This document shows, one piece after another, positions 57,833 through 64,000 of a stretch of DNA of 64,000 nt. Position numbers and translations under genes: made by a program. Positions within the stretch are counted from its first letter, which is position 1. Each line of letters begins with the position of its first letter. Under the pieces are notes generated by a model. It did no database searches. It was given only the letters and a program-made list of their open reading frames with translations, and was not told where the DNA came from. Source of the DNA: an uncultured delta proteobacterium (GTDB lineage: Bacteria; Bdellovibrionota; FAC87; UBA2466); assembly GCA_963778115.1 (NCBI GenBank), contig CAVZSV010000004.1:512001-576000 (forward strand). Reading direction: 5' to 3'.

Positions 57833-59218
57833 CTATTGATTTTTTCCGGCCCTAAAATAAATGCGAATCGGTTGCCCTTTAAAATTGAGCTGCTTTCGTA
57901 ACTGGTTGGTCAGAAATTTTTCGTAACTGGCAGGGACCGATTGCTTGCGGTTAACGAAAAAGACGAAGGTAGGAGGCTCAGTCTTAATTTGACTGGCATA
58001 TAGAATATTGAAATTTTGGTTTCCCGTCGACGGAGGAGGATTTCTGGCAACAATTCTTTCGACCACTTCGTTAAGGCGGGAGGTCTTAACTCTTTTTCGC
58101 GCAGTCCTAGCCATCTTCCACGCCAGCGGTAAAATCTGAGCGACATTAAAGCCGGTCAGTCCACTAAGGGGAAGCGTTCGAAATTGCTCGAGCGCTGTCG
58201 AAAACTCACTATCTTCCAAAAAGTGCTTTCGTTGTGATGCAGTTAGTTGGTCCCAGAAATTAAGCAAAACGATGGTAGGCTTTCCCTCGTTTTCGATAAG
58301 CGAGAGTAAGCGCATGTCTTGATCCGATACCTCTTCGTGGCAAGCAAACATCAAAAGCACGATATCCGCGGCCCTAATCGCTCGGGTCGAAGCATTGATC
58401 GAAAATACTTCAAGCTCGCTCTTTTGCGTTCGAGGCCGGCGCATTCCCGCCGTATCAACAAACCTGACAAGGCCTTCGGGAGTGACCATTTCGAAGCTCA
58501 CCGCATCCCTGGTCGTAAGGGGTGTTGGACTTACTCGAGAAACCTTTTCTCCGCAGAGTCGGTTCATCAAAGTCGATTTTCCCGTGTTGGGTTTTCCGAT
58601 AAGAGCGATACTTAAGGTCTCGGGCTTTTGATCTGGCTCTTTTTCTTCGCGAAGCGGTTCCGTAGGAAGCTCTGGACTAACCGAAAGATTATTGATCAAA
58701 CGCTCAAGCCCAGGGCTTTTGGGAGCTTCCGCTTTGCTCTTTAAGGCCTGAGCCGCACACCAGTCCTTAACCTCAGAGAGATTGTGCCGATGGGCCGCCG
58801 AGATAGGCAACATCTGATCGAATTGAAGTTCGGCAAAGAATGTTTCGGACTCCGAACGTTTGGCTTCCGACTTATTAACGCAAAGAAGTGCCGGCACTCC
58901 GGCCAAATGAATCTCACGCGCCAAAAACCGGTCGAAAGGGGTTGGCCCCACCAAAGCGTCCACGACGAAAAGACAGGCATCCGCTTTGCCTAAGATATTG
59001 CCCAAAGCTTCCGAATCGGACTCGTCATTCACCCCCAAAGTATCCATGATCCTAAGAGCGACTGAATTCCATTCTACCTTTTCAGAGATTTGATCGAGGG
59101 TGGTGCCAGGCAAATCGAGCACGATGCTGCGCCGATACCCTAAAAGGGCATTAAAAAGACTCGACTTACCGACGTTGGGACGTCCGACGATAGCTACCGT
59201 GAATAAGGGGGGAGGCAT
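57833..59218 (-). CDS. der: Ribosome biogenesis GTPase Der/EngA
   Basis: Two G-domains (GRPNVGKSS, GKPNTGKST), KH-like C-terminus PPTF; adjacent to era. Confidence 0.93.
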   Translation of the reverse strand: MPPPLFTVAIVGRPNVGKSSLFNALLGYRRSIVLDLPGTTLDQISEKVEWNSVALRIMDTLGVNDESDSEALGNILGKADACLFVVDALVGPTPFDRFLAREIHLAGVPALLCVNKSEAKRSESETFFAELQFDQMLPISAAHRHNLSEVKDWCAAQALKSKAEAPKSPGLERLINNLSVSPELPTEPLREEKEPDQKPETLSIALIGKPNTGKSTLMNRLCGEKVSRVSPTPLTTRDAVSFEMVTPEGLVRFVDTAGMRRPRTQKSELEVFSINASTRAIRAADIVLLMFACHEEVSDQDMRLLSLIENEGKPTIVLLNFWDQLTASQRKHFLEDSEFSTALEQFRTLPLSGLTGFNVAQILPLAWKMARTARKRVKTSRLNEVVERIVARNPPPSTGNQNFNILYASQIKTEPPTFVFFVNRKQSVPASYEKFLTNQLRKQLNFKGQPIRIYFRAGKNQ

Positions 59219-60123
59219 TAGTTTAGCTCCAAATAGCGGTGGAGCTTGTCCGCATCATCCCGCCACTGTCCTTCCACATGGACATGAAGCTTTAAGCAAA
59301 TCTGATGTCCCAAAATCTTTTCAATGTCCTGACGAGCGGCGATCCCTATTTTCTTCAAGGTCTCGCCCCCTTTTCCAATTAAGATCCCTTTTCGGGAATC
59401 CGAATCGACATGAAGAACCGCGCGATAAGTGGGAACTCGCGCTGCCTGGGGATCCGCCCCCTCCTCTTCCATCTCCACATAGACGGAATAGGGAATCTCC
59501 TGGCGTGTGGTCAGAAAGACTTTCTCTCGGATAAGTTCCGACATACGAAAAGCAATCGTCCGATCGGTGAGCTGCCCTTTTTCGTAATAGGGGTGATCGG
59601 ATATCAGTCTGGGAACCAAGATTTTCACTAATCTCTCAACACCGTCTCTCTTCTGAGCTGAGATAGGAATGATTTCGGAAAAAAGCTTTTTGTCGTGCAG
59701 TCTCTGAATCAAAGGAAGTAATTCACCCTTAGGCATCAGATCGATCTTATTGAGCAGACAGATTCGATCTTCGACCTTTTTCAGCTTCGAAATTCGGTTC
59801 TCCAGTTTCTCAACCTGGTCAAAGACTCGATTCGACGAAGCGTCGAACACCCATAAAAGAAGGTCACATTCCTCAGCGGCATGATCGGCCACACGATTAA
59901 GAAGTCTGGGAATCGTTTCTGGATAGCGTTGAAATCCGGGAGTATCGATAAAGATTAGCTGGTAATTCTTACCGTTTACGATCCCCTTGAGCGCGTGCTG
60001 AGTGGTTTGAGGAAGTTTAGAAACAATACTGAGTTTCTCTCCTACCAACGAATTTAGTAGGGTAGACTTTCCGGAATTGGTCGGTCCTACTATTCCGACA
60101 AAGCCACTTTTGAAATCTGACAT
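59218..60123 (-). CDS. era: GTPase Era
   Basis: KSGFVGIVGPTNSGKST, DTPG, NKID, EIPYS, KGILIGKGG. Confidence 0.96.
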   Translation of the reverse strand: MSDFKSGFVGIVGPTNSGKSTLLNSLVGEKLSIVSKLPQTTQHALKGIVNGKNYQLIFIDTPGFQRYPETIPRLLNRVADHAAEECDLLLWVFDASSNRVFDQVEKLENRISKLKKVEDRICLLNKIDLMPKGELLPLIQRLHDKKLFSEIIPISAQKRDGVERLVKILVPRLISDHPYYEKGQLTDRTIAFRMSELIREKVFLTTRQEIPYSVYVEMEEEGADPQAARVPTYRAVLHVDSDSRKGILIGKGGETLKKIGIAARQDIEKILGHQICLKLHVHVEGQWRDDADKLHRYLELN

Positions 60124-60144
60124 AAACCGTCCTAACTAATCCCT

Positions 60145-60864
60145 TTAAAACCCCAAGATCTCTAAAGCAAGACTCGCCGCCTGCTGCTCGGCATCCTTCT
60201 TACTTCGACCGTCGCCATGAGCAATGACTCGGCCATCTATTACGATCTCCACTCGAAATACCTTTTGGTGCTCCGGACCCCAGGCTTCTACTAATCTATA
60301 GATAGGGGCCGTCTTATAGACCGATTGTGTTTTCTCTTGTAGATGGGTCTTTTTGTCGATCAAAGTGAAGCTGCTGTCGCTACCCTCGGTAATTCCTCGT
60401 AACAAGCCATCATAAATATTCTGCAAAAACCGCGCTGCGGGCTCGATGCCGCCATCCAAATAGACGGAGCCCACTATCGCTTCTAAAACAGCAGCCAGGA
60501 TGGATCGCTTTTCAGCACCGCCTGTCTGCTTCTCTCCGCGTCCTAACCGAACACATTCGCCGAGCCTCAACTCCTGGGCGATTTCAGCTAGAGTCTTTCG
60601 ACTCACCAGGCTACTTCGCCACCTAGAAAGTTTGCCTTCCGAAGCCCCAGGAAACAGCTCCATAAGCTCCTTGGCGATGACAAGCCCGATGACGGCGTCG
60701 CCCAAGAACTCCAGACGTTCATTGTCGGGTACCAGTTCCGCCAAAGCATCGTTGGCGGCACTTTCGTTAGAGAAGGAAGAATGGGTGAGCGCTTGGATTC
60801 CAAGCTCGCGATCTTCAAATCGATAGCCCAGTATCTCTTCAATCGCTTCCAGACGTTCAGCCAC
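60145..60864 (-). CDS. rnc: Ribonuclease III
   Basis: ALTHSS, NERLEFLGDA, dsRBD with KKDAEQQAA. Confidence 0.97.
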   Translation of the reverse strand: MAERLEAIEEILGYRFEDRELGIQALTHSSFSNESAANDALAELVPDNERLEFLGDAVIGLVIAKELMELFPGASEGKLSRWRSSLVSRKTLAEIAQELRLGECVRLGRGEKQTGGAEKRSILAAVLEAIVGSVYLDGGIEPAARFLQNIYDGLLRGITEGSDSSFTLIDKKTHLQEKTQSVYKTAPIYRLVEAWGPEHQKVFRVEIVIDGRVIAHGDGRSKKDAEQQAASLALEILGF

Positions 60865-61224
60865 GTTGCGAAAGTCGGAATGTCCTTTTTCCGCCAGAAT
60901 TCACCTCTCGACCAATCAGTAGACGAGTCGCGAATTCTGAATAATCCCGTTAACGCTCAAACCGTAAACGCGATAATTCAAAACGCGAGTCAATCGTCAA
61001 TTCATGCCAGTCTTTTTTGGTTAGCACGAAAGCGGCCCGTACGAAACAGCGCGTAAAAAGGCCGGTAATCCTTCTACCACAATCCAACTCAACGGGACAA
61101 CTCTATGGTAGAATTTTTCAGCAGTTTTACTTGGTTAGCTCTCTAATGGTAGGCTAGAAGGTCAGTCGCTTCGTTGACAACGGGTCAGGGACGGGGCTAA
61201 AGAAAGAAAACGTCAGCTCTTTTT

Positions 61225-62154
61225 ATGAACACAATTCCGTCGAAACGTCAGTCCGGTTTTTCACCTGATGACTCCATTGAAATCACCATTGCCCCCAATG
61301 CCGGAGCCTGCTTTGGGGTCGTGCGAGCCATTAAGTTGGGGCACCAGGCACTAAAGCGGGCGGCCGTTCCTGGTGCTAAAAACCCAAATGTCTATTCGTT
61401 CGGCCCTCTGATTCACAATCCTAAGGTCGTCAAAGAGTTCGAGGATGCAGGCGTAAAGATTGTGAACGACGCTTCCGAGGTGGTCCGGGGAACGGTGGTA
61501 TTGCGATCGCATGGGGTTCAAAAAACTTATGAAAAGGAGCTACGGGACCGGGGGGTTCAGATTGTGGACGCGACCTGTCCGTTAGTTAAAAAGCCCCAAC
61601 GAATAGCCACGAGCCTGGGAGAGGATGGGTATTTTCTAATTCTGGTCGGAGATCCCAACCATCCCGAGGTCAAAGGGGTGGTCAGTTATTTTGGAAAGCC
61701 GGACTATTTGGTGACCTACCAACCCGAGGAGGTGCTAAACATCCCCGAGTCCGTCGAAAAGGTGGGCATTATTGCTCAGACTACGATTGAAGTAGGCGTT
61801 CTTGACCAAGTCATCGAAAAAGCCCGAGCTCGTTTTAAGGAAGTGGCAGTCTATAACACGATTTGTGACGCCACTTCCATCAGGCAGACGGAAGCCCTCA
61901 ATCTTGCCAGGACCGCGGATATCGTCATCGTAGTCGGCGGAAAAAACAGCAGCAATACGTGCAAGCTGGTTAAAATTTGCAAGACATTTCAGCAAAACAC
62001 GTATCACATAGAGGAAATGTCCGAGATCGATCCGGTATGGTTCGTCGGCAAACGAAAAATCGGCGTTACGGGTGGAGCTTCGACTCCCCACGAGAACGTT
62101 GACTCCGTGGGCAGTTACGTGGCGTCCCTCCTTCAATCGCAAATCGAACATTAG
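61225..62154 (+). CDS. ispH: 4-hydroxy-3-methylbut-2-enyl diphosphate reductase
   Basis: CFGV.RA, IHN, SHG, DATCPLV, HPEV, TICDAT, SSN, GASTP. Confidence 0.96.
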   Translation: MNTIPSKRQSGFSPDDSIEITIAPNAGACFGVVRAIKLGHQALKRAAVPGAKNPNVYSFGPLIHNPKVVKEFEDAGVKIVNDASEVVRGTVVLRSHGVQKTYEKELRDRGVQIVDATCPLVKKPQRIATSLGEDGYFLILVGDPNHPEVKGVVSYFGKPDYLVTYQPEEVLNIPESVEKVGIIAQTTIEVGVLDQVIEKARARFKEVAVYNTICDATSIRQTEALNLARTADIVIVVGGKNSSNTCKLVKICKTFQQNTYHIEEMSEIDPVWFVGKRKIGVTGGASTPHENVDSVGSYVASLLQSQIEH

Positions 62155-62169
62155 AAGTTGTGAACCGAA

Positions 62170-63202
62170 ATGGAAAATTCTTTTTTAATACGCAGTGTGC
62201 GAGAAGAAGATCTCGAAGAGTTGGTTCAGCTGAGTCAGCTGGTCTATTTCATTAACTTACCGTCCGATCGAGACGTCCTTAAAGAAAAGATTCGAGTAAG
62301 TATCGACTCCTTCAGTGGGGCTATCGTCGATAAATTTGCCCGGGAATACATTTTTGTGTTGGAAAAGACCGATGATAAGTCGCTAGTGGGAACATCCATG
62401 GTCATTGCCCGCCACGGAAATATCGCGACTCCCCATATGTATTTCCATCTCAAAGAGATTCAAAAATACAGCGAGACTTTACACGGAGGCTTTATTCATA
62501 AAGTCCTCCAACTCAAATTCGATACCGATGGCCCGACGGAAATCGGAGGGCTTGTGATTAACCCCAACTACCGGGGACACAAGTCCAAGTTAGGCAGGCA
62601 GTTGTCCTATGCGCGTTTCTTGTTCATCAAAATGAAGCGCCGAAGCTTCAAAAATCACGTGCTTTCGGAACTAATGCCTCCCCTAACGGAAAGCGGGGAG
62701 AGTATTTTATGGGAAGCGGTGGGACGTCGTTTCACGAATCTCGCGTATCAGGAAGCCGATGAGCTCTCACGTAAGAACAAAGAGTTTGTAACGTCACTGT
62801 TTCCCAAGGGCGACATCTATACATGCCTTCTTTCGGGGGAAGCTCGCGACGCCATTGGGAAGGTGGGCGAAGGGGCCGAGCCGGTAAAGCACATGCTGGA
62901 AGCGATTGGCTTTCAATGGAAAGAGCACATCGATCCGTTCGACGGCGGCCCCCACTATTGGGCGGAAACCGACAAAATTACCATCGTTCGTGACTCCAAA
63001 AAGTTTACCGTCCACCGGGACGTCTTAAAAAAGAAGCCCAAAGAGGCAGCCCTTTGCGGTTTTTTTCTTCGAAGACGAGTTTAGGTGTGTTCAAACGTCC
63101 TACGAAGTCAGTAAGTCTTTAGTTCATCTGCCCAAACATGCCATCGAGATGTTGGGAGTGGTTCCCGGCAAAGATACCGTCACCCTCATGCCTTTGGGCT
63201 AA
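62170..63202 (+). CDS. astA: Arginine N-succinyltransferase; one extra T in the run at ~63060-63067 truncates the ORF at 63084
   Basis: TEIGGL..YR, LSYARFL, DPFDGGP; removing one T gives ..GFFFEDEFRCVQ..MLGVVPG..LMPLG* ending at 63202. Confidence 0.9.
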
Positions 63203-63316
63203 CGCGATGCGCGCCCCGGTTTGACCGCCTTCAACCCCATGGTTATCATGGATTCGTACATCGTTCTTGCCCCTCCGGTCGTCCAGGTTCATGGCGTATC
63301 GCGTCATGTGAGAGGC
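63190..63316 (+). ncRNA. Candidate rod-shaped structured RNA (6S-like?)
   Basis: ACGCGATGCGC (63202-63212) pairs with GCGTATCGCGT (63294-63304); inner GACCG/CGGTC; outer GCCTTT/AGAGGC; unpaired central region. Confidence 0.35.
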
Positions 63317-63368
63317 GTTAAAGCGCTAACTCTGGACCGCAACATTGCGTCTCAGGCAAGTCTGTAAC

Positions 63369-64000
63369 ATGAGCAGCGCCGATGGCGGCGTCACCTCAGC
63401 GGAGCATAAAGTGAAAGAATCTCAAGTGTTTAGAGGAAGCTATCTACAGGGTCAGTTTGTCAAAATCGTTGACCCCAATGGCGAGCTTAAGAGCCAGAAC
63501 CCGGGTGATCTGGAGCACGGAGTGACGACCATTCCGTTTAGCTTTGAGCATGTGGATGAAGCGGTAACGGCGGCTCAGCAGAGTTTTCCAAGCTGGAAAA
63601 GGCTGAATGTAGCGGATCGATTGTCCGCGATTCGCCGTTATGCGGACTTATTAAAGAAGAGTCGTGAGAACCTAGCGACCTGTCTTTCCAAAGAGATTGG
63701 CAAGCCCCTGTGGGAATCGCTTCAAGAGGTCGATGCGACACTTAAGCTCATTGAAGACGCCATCACGATCGGCAGTCAAACTACCAACGAGATCCGTATC
63801 GAAAATGTAGATGCACAGAGTGAAGGGGTGGTTCGATTTTTCCCTCGTGGTGTCATGGCGATTGTAACTCCCCCCCCGCTCCCTTTATTTACTCCGCACG
63901 CTCAGATGATTCCTTGTCTGATTAATGGAAACGTCGTGGTTCTAAAAGCATCCCAACACGCCCCTTTCACCGGACAAATGATTTCGGAACTCTTTCATGA
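63369..64000 (+). CDS. astD: Aldehyde dehydrogenase, probably succinylglutamate-semialdehyde dehydrogenase (runs off the window)
   Basis: SQNPGD, AA..SF.SW, EIGKPLWES, PRGVMAIVTP, GNVVVLKAS; follows astA. Confidence 0.75.
   Translation, partial: MSSADGGVTSAEHKVKESQVFRGSYLQGQFVKIVDPNGELKSQNPGDLEHGVTTIPFSFEHVDEAVTAAQQSFPSWKRLNVADRLSAIRRYADLLKKSRENLATCLSKEIGKPLWESLQEVDATLKLIEDAITIGSQTTNEIRIENVDAQSEGVVRFFPRGVMAIVTPPPLPLFTPHAQMIPCLINGNVVVLKASQHAPFTGQMISELFH

Noticed and set aside
60860..61030. Possible small gene upstream of rnc on the minus strand
   Set aside because: The reading frame is interrupted by a stop and has no recognisable motif; cannot be supported from sequence alone
63055..63084. 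Programmed frameshift or phase variation in astA at the T-run
   Set aside because: A single homopolymer indel in an assembly with other evident indel errors; a sequencing artefact is more parsimonious

Overview
64 kb of a Gram-negative bacterial chromosome. The gene content (PilZ proteins, Flp pilin, many secreted orphan proteins, recurrent sigma28/FliA-like promoters) is consistent with a Bdellovibrionota-like organism; this is inference. Three zones. (1) 1-8600: accessory secreted proteins (single-heme protein, HEAT-repeat protein, Ig-repeat/DUF1554 lipoprotein bracketed by REP-like inverted repeats). (2) 8602-23160: a ~14.5 kb element integrated in the 3' half of tRNA-Pro(CGG), with a 42-bp att direct repeat plus arm-like and IHF-like sites. 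It encodes an integrase, AlpA/Xis, primase-helicase and a TerS-like protein but no capsid, tail or conjugation genes, so it looks like a phage satellite (PICI-like). Its cargo is nuclease-rich and includes candidate undescribed anti-phage genes: a coupled PLD-like 'HDRF' protein plus 598-aa partner, a SEC-C/nuclease-like protein, a secreted Nuc-type PLD and a membrane-anchored tape-measure-like protein. Several cargo genes sit behind sigma28-like promoters. (3) 23.2-64 kb: core chromosome (gshB, ddl, pepP, chrA, mlaC, waaF, kamDE coupled to MoxR/VWA, Crp pair, oppDF, miaB, trmL, der-era-rnc, ispH, astA, astD). Frameshifts at ~5557, 46.4-47.4 kb and ~63060 look like sequencing indels. All family assignments come from motif reading, not database searches.
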